Shown: positions 25,502 to 34,084 of the stretch, piece after piece | Numbering within the stretch: position 1 is the stretch's first letter | Layout of the letters: every line of letters begins with the position of its first letter | From: an uncultured bacterium | Lineage (GTDB): Bacteria > Patescibacteriota > Saccharimonadia > Saccharimonadales > 2-12-FULL-41-12 | NCBI GenBank assembly: GCA_963834265.1 | Contig: CAWIAU010000003.1 | Span: forward strand, 12,475 to 76,474 | Direction: 5' to 3' | DNA: 64,000 bases | Made by a program: the position numbers and the translations under genes | The notes under the pieces: generated by a model | What the model was told of the DNA's origin: nothing | What the model saw: the letters and a program-made list of their open reading frames with translations, nothing else | The model's database searches: none

Positions 25502-27499
25502 TTAGAGAGCCTTAGCGTACTGTACTTTTCTAGATGTTAATGTGGGGAAGGCGTAGGGAATAATGTAATGCCCGGCTTTAATCTGGGGGTTAGTGTTCCT
25601 ATTCCTAATTTCATAACCGTAAAGTTTAAGTCTTCTCATAGCTTCTTCAATAACATTCTCTTTCTCACCGACAATCTCAACTAACTCAGCTAGGGTCTTT
25701 TCAACACCAACTATACTCTTTTTACCAAATGACTGTATTAAACGCCAAATGACATCTTGATTAATTTGCTCGTCTAGAACGGTAGTTATTTTTATAGTCG
25801 GAGAATATTGGTAGTAACCTGCGAACTGAACCATATCGGCATAGCCTAGGCATTCTTTAATTTCCATCTCAATAAACTTCCAACCAGCCAAGTAATGATT
25901 TAAGTCTGGTTCTTCAAGAATTAGTTGTATCTTCTCAAAGCTAAAAGGCCATGATTCACTCAACACTGGCTCTATTGTTGTTACTACTGGGGCTAATGTA
26001 GTTTTCAGTGATTTATATTTACCAACTTCATCGTTAGATGATGTAATTATTTGCCAAGTATTATTCTTGATTTTGGTTTCAATAAATACATTAATCCCTT
26101 TATCATTTCCTTCACTTAAATTGAGCTTGGCGTCCAAATGAAAAGGCTTTCTATTTTTAAATAGAATTGGTTTCAGCTCCGTTTTCTTTAGTTTTGCTAT
26201 GGCACCCTCTGCGATTTGTTGATATCTCGTAGTCAACTGTCGTTTGCGAGTTCTAAAACCTAATTTTTCGTTGGGAGCTAATAGAGGTAAGTTAAAAGGA
26301 AGTTTTGTATCAAATACTTGAGTTAATACTGACAGTGCAAGCATCCTTCCAAACTGTGGAGGTACGCTGTTACCAATCTGATGTATTGCTACGCCCCTTG
26401 AACCTACTAATTCAAAGTTATCAGGAAAAGTTTGTAATCGCTTTAATTCATCTGCATTAAACGGTCTATTGAACCAGCTAAAGGGGCCTGTGTACTTTCC
26501 GCCCTGCGCTTTAATTGCTCTAACTGGCATTGATGGGTCAGCTTTATATAAAAAGTCGGAGAACTTAGAACGCCATCCAAATACAGGTTGGGGGTGTCCT
26601 AATTTTTTTGTGTAGTAACTATAATTCAACCCCGGTGGAATACCTTCAAGTAAATGACCGTATTGACCACCTAATCCGTTGCCCTCGTTTGCGCTGTGGT
26701 CTGCCAACGCTTCTCCAGCAGTATAGTGATTCAACCCTATTCTAGAATCAGGGCCGTGAGTTGGCGCAGGGAACTTAAAGTCAATCTTAGGGTCTTTAAT
26801 TCCAACGATGATTAGCCGTTCACGGTGTTGAGGCACACCATAATCTGCGGCGTCTAAAATGCGATAATGGAGGCGATAACCGGCTTCATTAAAAGATTTG
26901 ATGATAAGCCTCCAAGGTTCTCCGCCTTGGGCACCGACAATCGCATACACATTTTCAAATAGAAAAGCCTTGGGCTTTAATGTATTTAAAAGCCGGACAT
27001 ATTCTTGGAATAACATTCCGCGAGGGTCTTCTATTCCTTTAACGCCCGCCGCGCGTCTTCCAGCGGCAGAAAAAGTCTGGCAAGGGGGGCCACCTACTAT
27101 CAAATCTATTTCGCCTATATTCTCAGGGTTGTATTTGCGAATATCTATTGTGTTAACTTTGCTACCTTGGAATATTTTGCCTTTTTCTGTATTTGCTTCC
27201 AGTGTCTTGGTAAACTTTGGTTCAATTTCCACCATTTCAACAATGTCAAAACCAGCCTGATGAAATCCTATGTCTAGTCCACCTGCGCCACTGAATAAGC
27301 TGAGGGTTCTTATTTTTTTCTTGCCTAATGTTTTAGCAGTAATGCCATTTATTATGGCTCCAAAGTCATCAACCCAGCCGGGCTTTTCAGTATCAATACC
27401 TAACTCACTCAAAAAGTTTTCTTTAACAGGCTCACTCACTTCGTCTATTAGAGATTGCTGTTTTGCTTTTGAATTAGTAAGCTGTTGAGCCGCGCCCAT
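25502..27499 (-). CDS. DNA (cytosine-5)-methyltransferase with about 260-aa C-terminal extension
   Basis: Motif I is LFSGAGGLDIGF, IV is GGPPCQTFS, VI is FLFENV, VIII is QHRERLIIVG and X is GNSVPP. The sequence after motif X has no recognisable domain. Confidence 0.92.
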   Translation of the reverse strand: MGAAQQLTNSKAKQQSLIDEVSEPVKENFLSELGIDTEKPGWVDDFGAIINGITAKTLGKKKIRTLSLFSGAGGLDIGFHQAGFDIVEMVEIEPKFTKTLEANTEKGKIFQGSKVNTIDIRKYNPENIGEIDLIVGGPPCQTFSAAGRRAAGVKGIEDPRGMLFQEYVRLLNTLKPKAFLFENVYAIVGAQGGEPWRLIIKSFNEAGYRLHYRILDAADYGVPQHRERLIIVGIKDPKIDFKFPAPTHGPDSRIGLNHYTAGEALADHSANEGNGLGGQYGHLLEGIPPGLNYSYYTKKLGHPQPVFGWRSKFSDFLYKADPSMPVRAIKAQGGKYTGPFSWFNRPFNADELKRLQTFPDNFELVGSRGVAIHQIGNSVPPQFGRMLALSVLTQVFDTKLPFNLPLLAPNEKLGFRTRKRQLTTRYQQIAEGAIAKLKKTELKPILFKNRKPFHLDAKLNLSEGNDKGINVFIETKIKNNTWQIITSSNDEVGKYKSLKTTLAPVVTTIEPVLSESWPFSFEKIQLILEEPDLNHYLAGWKFIEMEIKECLGYADMVQFAGYYQYSPTIKITTVLDEQINQDVIWRLIQSFGKKSIVGVEKTLAELVEIVGEKENVIEEAMRRLKLYGYEIRNRNTNPQIKAGHYIIPYAFPTLTSRKVQYAKAL

Positions 27500-27612
27500 T
27501 CCTATACCCTCTTTTAGTCTTTTGACGTTTATTTCCTGGTAAACATTATAACTCTTTATTCAGCCTATTGCTTACCTTTACAGTTATTAATAAATTAAAG
27601 CTAATTTATTCT

Positions 27613-27779
27613 AAATACAGCGAAGGAACAGTGATAATTCGCCGTTAGCCTTACATACTCGCCCTATAACAAGCGATTGAAGTGAGAACCGCACAATTCC
27701 TAATCCACTATTAAACAGCAATAAATACTAGCGTATTTTCCTGTAAGATAGTTCCAATAGAAGTAACTACGCCCCTCCA
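27613..27779. repeat. Inverted repeat B' (167 bp), right end of element
   Basis: Exact reverse complement of 19964-20130. It ends with the core CCCTCCA at 27773-27779. Confidence 0.9.
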
Positions 27780-27808
27780 CGGTGAACCTAGTAGAAAGAT
27801 AGGAACTA

Positions 27809-27830
27809 AGAGTCATTATGGCTCTTTTTT
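27809..27830 (+). terminator. Orphan rho-independent terminator just outside attR
   Basis: AGAGTC-ATTAT-GGCTCT followed by TTTTTT. No plus-strand gene lies upstream in the present arrangement, which fits it being the ancestral tRNA-Lys terminator. Confidence 0.55.
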
Positions 27831-27853
27831 ATTGACACCACGAATACAAATAG

Positions 27854-27872
27854 TATACCCTAGGGGGGTATA
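27854..27872 (+). promoter_or_regulatory. CsoR-type operator overlapping the copper-operon promoter
   Basis: The GC-cored palindrome TATACCC-TAGGG-GGGTATA is of the type bound by CsoR repressors. TTGACA lies at 27832-27837 upstream. Confidence 0.5.
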
Positions 27873-27885
27873 GGAATTACTAAAT

Positions 27886-28374
27886 ATGCGCAATAATCAT
27901 CAGCAAAATGAACATAGTGTAAATGAAATGGCTGTCAGCGCAACCCTTCACTGCTTAACTGGCTGTGCCATTGGCGAGGTCTTAGGACTCATTATTGGCA
28001 CTATACTTGGATTAAGTACTGTAATTACAATACTGTTAGCAGTTATTCTGGCATTTATCTTTGGCTTTAGCCTTTCAACGCTGCCATTAGTTAAAGCTGG
28101 AATAGGCTTTACTGCCGCACTAGCTGTTGTAGCTGCAGCGGATACACTTTCAATTGCCACCATGGAACTGGTTGATAACCTAGTAATGATGGGAATTCCA
28201 GGCGCCTTACATGCAGGGCTTGTAGACCCATTATTTTGGATTAGTATGCCTATTGCACTTACTGCTGCCTTCTTTGCGGCGGTGCCCGTTAATAAACACT
28301 TGCTAAAGCGTAATAAAGGTCATGCCCTGACAATGAAATTGTTGGACGAGCAGGGTCACGGACATAACCACTAA
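27886..28374 (+). CDS. DUF4396-family membrane protein
   Basis: It has the TLHCLTGCAIGEVLG motif and 4 TM helices. A His-rich C-terminus (GHGHNH) suggests metal handling. Confidence 0.55.
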   Translation: MRNNHQQNEHSVNEMAVSATLHCLTGCAIGEVLGLIIGTILGLSTVITILLAVILAFIFGFSLSTLPLVKAGIGFTAALAVVAAADTLSIATMELVDNLVMMGIPGALHAGLVDPLFWISMPIALTAAFFAAVPVNKHLLKRNKGHALTMKLLDEQGHGHNH

Positions 28375-28380
28375 GGAGGT

Positions 28381-28659
28381 ATGATGAAGTACGGTTCTAC
28401 AGATACCAAACCTGACCTACTTAAGCGTCTAAATCGCATAGAGGGTCAAGTGCGGGGTGTATCAAAAATGGTGCAAGACGATAAGTATTGTATAGATATT
28501 CTTACCCAAGTAAGCGCAGCAAAAGCAGCTTTGGATAAAGTTGCGTTAGAACTTCTACGTGACCATGCCAAGCACTGCTTAACGAATTATGATATTCAAG
28601 AGCACAGCAAAGAAAATAAGGCCGATGAACTAGTCGGCGCAATTAGCAGAATGCTTTAA
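28381..28659 (+). CDS. csoR: Copper-sensing repressor CsoR/RcnR family
   Basis: It has LKRLNRIEGQVRGV, YCIDILTQ and a C-terminal H..HC, giving the C-H-C ligand pattern. Confidence 0.8.
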   Translation: MMKYGSTDTKPDLLKRLNRIEGQVRGVSKMVQDDKYCIDILTQVSAAKAALDKVALELLRDHAKHCLTNYDIQEHSKENKADELVGAISRML

Positions 28660-28669
28660 GGAGGAAATT

Positions 28670-29065
28670 ATGCAAACTAAACCACTACTTTACGGATTAA
28701 TCGGCTTCTTCATCGGCGGATTTTTGGTTTCTGTGGCTGCCACCACATTTGATAAACCAGAGAATAAAGAAACCGCAAGCAACAATTCAATAGTGAGCAG
28801 TAAATCTATGGAAGACATTATGTCTAGCTTAAAAAACAAATCTGGCGACGAGTATGACAAATCGTTCATATCAAGCATGATTGGTCACTACGAAGGCGCA
28901 GTTGAAATGGCAAAACTATCTGCAATGAATGCAAAACATGATGAAATTAAGAAGCTTTCAGAAGCAATTATTACTGCACAAGAACAAGAAATTGCTGAAA
29001 TGAAGCAGTGGCAAAAAGATTGGGGCTATTCATCTAGCGAAAGTCCTTCACATTCTACTCACTAA
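28670..29065 (+). CDS. DUF305-family protein with N-terminal membrane anchor
   Basis: It has DUF305 repeats (FISSMIGHYEGAVEMA; AIITAQEQEIAEMKQW). Confidence 0.65.
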   Translation: MQTKPLLYGLIGFFIGGFLVSVAATTFDKPENKETASNNSIVSSKSMEDIMSSLKNKSGDEYDKSFISSMIGHYEGAVEMAKLSAMNAKHDEIKKLSEAIITAQEQEIAEMKQWQKDWGYSSSESPSHSTH

Positions 29066-29227
29066 ACAGGAGCTTTTTATATACTAGGTTTTTCCTCTGC
29101 GATTTTAGTTGTAATAGATTGCACTTTAATCCACCACGAAATGACTTATATTAAAGGCAGGTTATTTTTTGAATATTTAGCTCGATACTTTCCAATAAGC
29201 ACCTTTTAAGCTGTTATAATAAGGATA

Positions 29228-29953
29228 ATGTCAGGGCATAGCAAGTGGTCAACAATCAAGCGGCAAAAAGGCGTGAACGACGCCAAGCGTGGAGCGATAT
29301 TTACGAAACTGGGCAATAATATTGCAGTAGCAGCCCGAGGAGGCTCTGAACCGGAAACTAATTTCTCGCTTCGCCTGGCAATAGACAAAGCCAAAGCGGC
29401 TAATATGCCAACGAATAATATACAGCGGGCAATTGACCGTGGATCAGGCAAGCTGGGAGGTGAGCAGATACAGGAAGTTATGTATGAAGGCTATGGCCCG
29501 GGCGGTGCGGCTATCCTGATAGAATGCGCCACGGATAATATCAATCGTACTTATCCAGAAGTAAAAAATGCCTTTACAAAAACAGGTGGCAGCATAGCAG
29601 AAAAAGGCTCAGTAGCCTTTCAGTTTGAACATAAAGGCTTGATCGTGATCAACGGCTCCGGTGAAGATTTATTGCTGGAGGTTTTGGATGCCGGGGCTGA
29701 AGACGCCGAAGAAGATGACGGCGAAATGACGATTTATACTGATCCGAAAGATTTGGCTCGAGTACGCGATGCACTCAAGGCAAAAGGTACCGAAATAATT
29801 GAAGCTCAGCTGACCTATGTACCAAAAAATATAATAGAAATCAGCGATGCAGCCACGGCAGGCAAAATCGAACGCTTAATGGATGCACTAGAAAATCTCG
29901 ACGATGTCAGCCAAACACACGTCAACTTCGTTATTAGCGATATTAACGGATGA
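29228..29953 (+). CDS. yebC: YebC/PmpR-family transcriptional regulator
   Basis: It starts MSGHSKWSTIKRQKG and is collinear with the family. It is preceded by an extended -10 (TGTTATAAT). Confidence 0.9.
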   Translation: MSGHSKWSTIKRQKGVNDAKRGAIFTKLGNNIAVAARGGSEPETNFSLRLAIDKAKAANMPTNNIQRAIDRGSGKLGGEQIQEVMYEGYGPGGAAILIECATDNINRTYPEVKNAFTKTGGSIAEKGSVAFQFEHKGLIVINGSGEDLLLEVLDAGAEDAEEDDGEMTIYTDPKDLARVRDALKAKGTEIIEAQLTYVPKNIIEISDAATAGKIERLMDALENLDDVSQTHVNFVISDING

Positions 29954-29963
29954 ATAAATACCG

Positions 29964-30311
29964 ATGGTAAAAGTATTAGTGCTGGCTGTTGTTGGCTTTG
30001 CCTTAGCGCTTGCCAGCCAATCATTAACCGTGAAGGATAATACGCGGGAGGGCAAGTATGGCTATTCAGAAAGAATTATTGAATATGGCATACCTCTGCC
30101 AAGTAAAAGAACCGAAGAAAAAATAATAGATGTTAATAAATATTGCGCGCTAATTTTTGAATGTAATGTACCGCCGCTGTCTAAAACACTAACAGATCAT
30201 AAAATTGGAGCATTTGCTCTAAATACTTTATTTTGGGCGCTGCTCGCAGCAGGTATATATATGGCTGCGGAAAGGTTAATAAGGCGAAAGCATGCGCATA
30301 CTGGGCATTGA
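29964..30311 (+). CDS. Hypothetical membrane protein (115 aa)
   Basis: It has N- and C-terminal hydrophobic helices and overlaps the ruvC start by 20 nt. Confidence 0.3.
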   Translation: MVKVLVLAVVGFALALASQSLTVKDNTREGKYGYSERIIEYGIPLPSKRTEEKIIDVNKYCALIFECNVPPLSKTLTDHKIGAFALNTLFWALLAAGIYMAAERLIRRKHAHTGH

Positions 30312-30771
30312 TCCGGGGACGGGGATTATGGGATTCGGTGTGATTGATGCTGACGCCACCGGAAAGGCGAAACTGGTAGACGGCGGGGTGATTAGAACGC
30401 CGGCTAATCAGGCGGATAGTCTGCGGTTACTAACTATATTTGACGAGCTATCCGAAATAATAGAGCTGCACAAACCGGAAATAATGGCAGTCGAGAAGCT
30501 GTTTTTTGCACAGAATGTAACAACAGCTATGACTGTAGCTCAAGCACGCGGCGTGGTGCTTTTGTGCGGAGAACAGAGTGGATTAACATTATATGAGTAC
30601 ACTCCGCTGCAAATCAAACAGGCACTGACTGGTTATGGACGTGCCGACAAAAAACAAATTCAGGAAATGGTACGGGTCATATTAGCACTCGACACGGTAC
30701 CCAAACCTGACGACTGCGCCGACGCACTTGCCGTTGCTATCTGCCACAGTATGACGGCACGCTTTTCTTAG
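30292..30771 (+). CDS. ruvC: Holliday junction resolvase RuvC
   Basis: It starts MRILGIDPG and has the EKLFF and DAADALA(V)A catalytic acidic residues. Confidence 0.9.
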   Translation: MRILGIDPGTGIMGFGVIDADATGKAKLVDGGVIRTPANQADSLRLLTIFDELSEIIELHKPEIMAVEKLFFAQNVTTAMTVAQARGVVLLCGEQSGLTLYEYTPLQIKQALTGYGRADKKQIQEMVRVILALDTVPKPDDCADALAVAICHSMTARFS

Positions 30772-31368
30772 CTAAAACAGACTTTTGATTCCTGTTACCA
30801 ATGCTGCGCCAATAGTGAATGTCAGTACGCAGCCAATTAAGCCGATAAGTCCGCCCGTACCTATAAGCACAATGTCCCCCAGGATTAGCCCGAGAGACAA
30901 AATGACTACACCAAGTGCAGGCAAAGTATCAAGTCCGGAAAAGGGTGGGGCAAAAAAAGCTACTAAACTGAAGCCAAAAACTACCACGCCAATCAAACGT
31001 AGAAATAAGGGATGCTCAGTAAGCGCGGTCATGCGTGGCCGGCTGTACTTTTCGGCCCAAGCAATACGACGCTTCAGAGCAGGTAATATTCGTCTGCGAA
31101 GGGAGCCGGGAATCTCGTGTCTGCTCCAGGCTTTTGGCAACCATATGGTCTTTCGTCCGATTATTAATTCAAGCGCTAACAGCATTACCACGAGCTCCAG
31201 CACATGAGTGATGCCGCCCGTTGGAATAGGTAGTGCCGGAATGAACATCAGCACCAGAAATATAACGGCAAAACTTTTTTCTCCAAAAACACTATCAAGC
31301 GACTGAACAGTCTTACGGCCTTTGCCGGACAGCCATTTTTCCAGTTCCTCACTAAATCTTTTGTCCAT
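30772..31368 (-). CDS. ExoD-like membrane protein
   Basis: The N-terminal segment (SFAVIFLVLMFIPALPIPTGG) and TM layout resemble the exopolysaccharide synthesis ExoD family. Confidence 0.5.
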   Translation of the reverse strand: MDKRFSEELEKWLSGKGRKTVQSLDSVFGEKSFAVIFLVLMFIPALPIPTGGITHVLELVVMLLALELIIGRKTIWLPKAWSRHEIPGSLRRRILPALKRRIAWAEKYSRPRMTALTEHPLFLRLIGVVVFGFSLVAFFAPPFSGLDTLPALGVVILSLGLILGDIVLIGTGGLIGLIGCVLTFTIGAALVTGIKSLF

Positions 31369-31425
31369 AACTGTAATATAGCAGGTTAGGGGAACACATA
31401 GGTGTAAATGGTATACTCATAGGTA

Positions 31426-32007
31426 ATGATTGCAACATTAAACGGGGTAGTGAGCGAGAAGCTCGCAGATGTTATCGTACTTGAGGTCAATGGAGTGGGC
31501 TACGGTTTATTTGTTACGAGCGAAGATTTTGTTCAGCTTGCAACGGGCAGGTCAGCTAAATTTTACGTTTATGAGCATATTCGTGAGGATTCTCATGACT
31601 TGTTCGGATTCGTGAAGCAAGCTACGAAAGAGTTATTTGAAAAACTGCTCAGTGTAAAAAATGTTGGTCCGAAAGTTGCATTGGCTGTACTGGGTATTGG
31701 GACTGACGGCAGAGTACGGACGGCCATAGCTGCAGGAGACGTGAAGTTCCTTCAAACAGCCAAAGGCGTAGGCAAGCGGGCAGCCGAGCAGATTGTGGTA
31801 GAACTGCGGGATAAGGTCGGGCTTGTGTCCGGTTCTGAAGCAGAGAACATAGTCTACCGTGGCTCCTTAGATCCGAACGATGAGACAGTACAGGCCCTCG
31901 TAGCCCTGGGATATAACGAGTCAGATGCTCAGCGTGCCGCTGACATGACTGATAAAAGTCTGCCCACTGAAGAACGTATCAAATTGGCATTGAAAGGCAG
32001 GTTCTGA
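31426..32007 (+). CDS. ruvA: Holliday junction helicase subunit RuvA
   Basis: It has an OB-fold N-terminus (GVGYGLFV), HhH motifs ([13 protein letters not shown]; [12 protein letters not shown]) and a C-terminal domain III. Confidence 0.9.
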   Translation: MIATLNGVVSEKLADVIVLEVNGVGYGLFVTSEDFVQLATGRSAKFYVYEHIREDSHDLFGFVKQATKELFEKLLSVKNVGPKVALAVLGIGTDGRVRTAIAAGDVKFLQTAKGVGKRAAEQIVVELRDKVGLVSGSEAENIVYRGSLDPNDETVQALVALGYNESDAQRAADMTDKSLPTEERIKLALKGRF

Positions 32008-32008
32008 G

Positions 32009-33040
32009 GTGGCAGTTGAGCGGATAATGCAGCCGGTTCCGCCGGATGACAATAGTCAGGAAGCCGAAATTGAAGTTACTCTCAGGCCAAAAGACTTTGC
32101 AAGTTATATCGGTCAGGACCGGCTGAAAAAGAGTTTGCAACTTGCGATAGCTGCTGCCAAAAAAAGAGGTGAACCTATTGATCATGTATTACTGTACGGT
32201 CCTCCGGGATTGGGTAAGACCACCATGGCCAGTATTATTGCTCACGAAATGGGAGCACAGATTCGTATAACTTCCGGGCCAGCCATAGAACGCGCCGGTG
32301 ATCTGGCGAGTTTGCTTACGAATTTGCAGGATGGTGACATATTATTTATTGACGAAATTCACCGCTTGCACCGCAGTATCGAAGAGGTCTTATATTCGGC
32401 TATGGAGGATTTCAAGTTGGATATCATGCTGGGAAAGGGGCCGAGTGCCAAAAGTCTGCGCCTGGACCTGCCAAAATTTACAATCATCGGAGCCACAACC
32501 CGCACTGGTTCTCTGGCGGCACCTCTGCGCGATCGTTTCGGGTTGCAGCACCGGCTGGAATTTTATACCGATGCAGAAATAGCACAGATAATAACGCGTG
32601 CTGCCGGCATTTTATCTGTCAAAATCGATGATGAGGCTGCCGGACATCTGGCTATCCGTGCCAGGCTAACACCCAGAATTGCCAATCGTTTGCTCAAGCG
32701 GGTCCGGGACTATGCGGATATTAACGGAGACGGTATTATTGATACGAAAATTACCGCATCTGCTATGCAGTTACTCGAGATAGATGAGCTCGGGCTGGAT
32801 CCGGCTGACCGGCGGGTACTGCTGGCGCTCATTGAGCACTACAAAGGTGGCCCGGTCGGTGTTGAAACACTGGCAGCAATTACGGGCGATGAGCGTTCCA
32901 CCATCGAGGATTTTTTTGAGCCATATCTGATGCAAATCGGTTTACTGGAGCGAACACCCCGGGGACGTAAGGCAACCGTAAGGGCTTATGAGCATCTGGG
33001 CAAAAAACGACCAGGGCCTGAACAGGCGAGCCTGGTATAA
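32009..33040 (+). CDS. ruvB: Holliday junction helicase RuvB
   Basis: It has Walker [10 protein letters not shown], Walker B FIDEIHRL and sensor motifs. It uses a GTG start 1 nt after ruvA. Confidence 0.95.
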   Translation: MAVERIMQPVPPDDNSQEAEIEVTLRPKDFASYIGQDRLKKSLQLAIAAAKKRGEPIDHVLLYGPPGLGKTTMASIIAHEMGAQIRITSGPAIERAGDLASLLTNLQDGDILFIDEIHRLHRSIEEVLYSAMEDFKLDIMLGKGPSAKSLRLDLPKFTIIGATTRTGSLAAPLRDRFGLQHRLEFYTDAEIAQIITRAAGILSVKIDDEAAGHLAIRARLTPRIANRLLKRVRDYADINGDGIIDTKITASAMQLLEIDELGLDPADRRVLLALIEHYKGGPVGVETLAAITGDERSTIEDFFEPYLMQIGLLERTPRGRKATVRAYEHLGKKRPGPEQASLV

Positions 33041-33051
33041 TATTTAAAACT

Positions 33052-33681
33052 ATGGAAGATCAGACATCACCAACCGGACCAAAAGAAAGTGATATTGCCG
33101 AAAAAGCTGCTGAAAGGCGCCGGCCGGTGTTCAATCCTTTAGGTCGCGTTGAGCAACTCACAAGCGAAGAAACCAAAATTGCTGATATTCGTCGTCACCC
33201 ATTTGGTTTGTTTTTAATTTTTCTGCAAACAATAGTCGGATTTAGTCTGGCTTTATTATTGATCTTCGGACTAATGCCGGATGCACTGAGTGCTCTTGGT
33301 TTGACGTCAAGCGGTGCAGAAGCACTGTTATTTTTATTCGGGCTCACCTCTATTGTGCTGGCCGTGCTATTTTTGATCCTGGCAGCCAAAGTGTATAACG
33401 GCAATCAATTAATTGTCAGTGATATAAATATTACTCAGGTACTACAGATCGGGATATTTAACCGGAAAATATCGGAACTTGGCATGGGTAATATCGAAGA
33501 CGTGACCGCTGAACAGAGCGGAATCTTTCCAACTCTGTTGAACTACGGTACCCTAAAAGTTGAGACAGCCGGCGAGCAAAATAACTTCACTTTTATATAT
33601 TGCCCCAATCCCAATGCTTATGCCAAAGCCTTGCTGGATGCACGCCAAAAGTTCGTGTCATCGCATCCACCAAGTCATTAA
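33052..33681 (+). CDS. Membrane protein with bacterial PH (bPH_2/YdbT-like) domain
   Basis: The IRRHPFGLF motif is followed by two TM helices and a C-terminal beta-rich domain. Confidence 0.45.
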   Translation: MEDQTSPTGPKESDIAEKAAERRRPVFNPLGRVEQLTSEETKIADIRRHPFGLFLIFLQTIVGFSLALLLIFGLMPDALSALGLTSSGAEALLFLFGLTSIVLAVLFLILAAKVYNGNQLIVSDINITQVLQIGIFNRKISELGMGNIEDVTAEQSGIFPTLLNYGTLKVETAGEQNNFTFIYCPNPNAYAKALLDARQKFVSSHPPSH

Positions 33682-33987
33682 TTATTCCTGAAAAGGATTA
33701 TCGCGGGCTGCCTTGAATAATGATTGTACGCCAATATTCTGGTCTTCAAGTTGTTCAATTTTATCTACTGATGCCTGATCAATTTTTAGCCGTTTTGTTC
33801 GACCAAGCTGCTCGTTAATGGCCGTTTCTTCAGGTTCAACCTGACTTAATACTCCGATCTGATAAACTAGGAATCCGTAGAGTCCTAGAATTGTAACTGT
33901 GAATATGACGACTGCATATTGCAATAACATGCGTTTGAGAGATCGCAGAAATGATTTAATTGTAGATAAAGACAGTGTATTTTTCAT
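33682..33987 (-). CDS. Single-TM protein, last gene of the pilus cluster
   Basis: 101-aa ORF downstream of the pilO-like gene. No motif was recognised. Confidence 0.3.
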   Translation of the reverse strand: MKNTLSLSTIKSFLRSLKRMLLQYAVVIFTVTILGLYGFLVYQIGVLSQVEPEETAINEQLGRTKRLKIDQASVDKIEQLEDQNIGVQSLFKAARDNPFQE

Positions 33988-34084
33988 CCCGTTAGAGTCC
34001 TTTCTGATAACAGGCCGTGGGTACGGTATAATATGAATAAACCGGTGTCTTTACTTATTAGATTGATTGTGGCTCTAACGGGAT

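Larger units (their letters stand above)
16621..27779. mobile_element. Integrated LSR element (about 11.15 kb) bounded by the CCCTCCA core, carrying a recombinase module and a defence module
   Basis: Core copies lie at 16621-16627 and 27773-27779. The internal block 19790-20130 equals the reverse complement of the right end joined to the left end. The element is AT-richer than its flanks, and its cargo is phage-defence genes. Confidence 0.7.

Noticed and set aside
29066-29227. Search for a direct repeat of the tRNA-Lys 3' end to place an island boundary after the copper operon
   Set aside because: No copy of the tRNA 3' segment was seen there. The orphan terminator at 27809-27830 instead suggests the ancestral flank begins right after the core at 27779.
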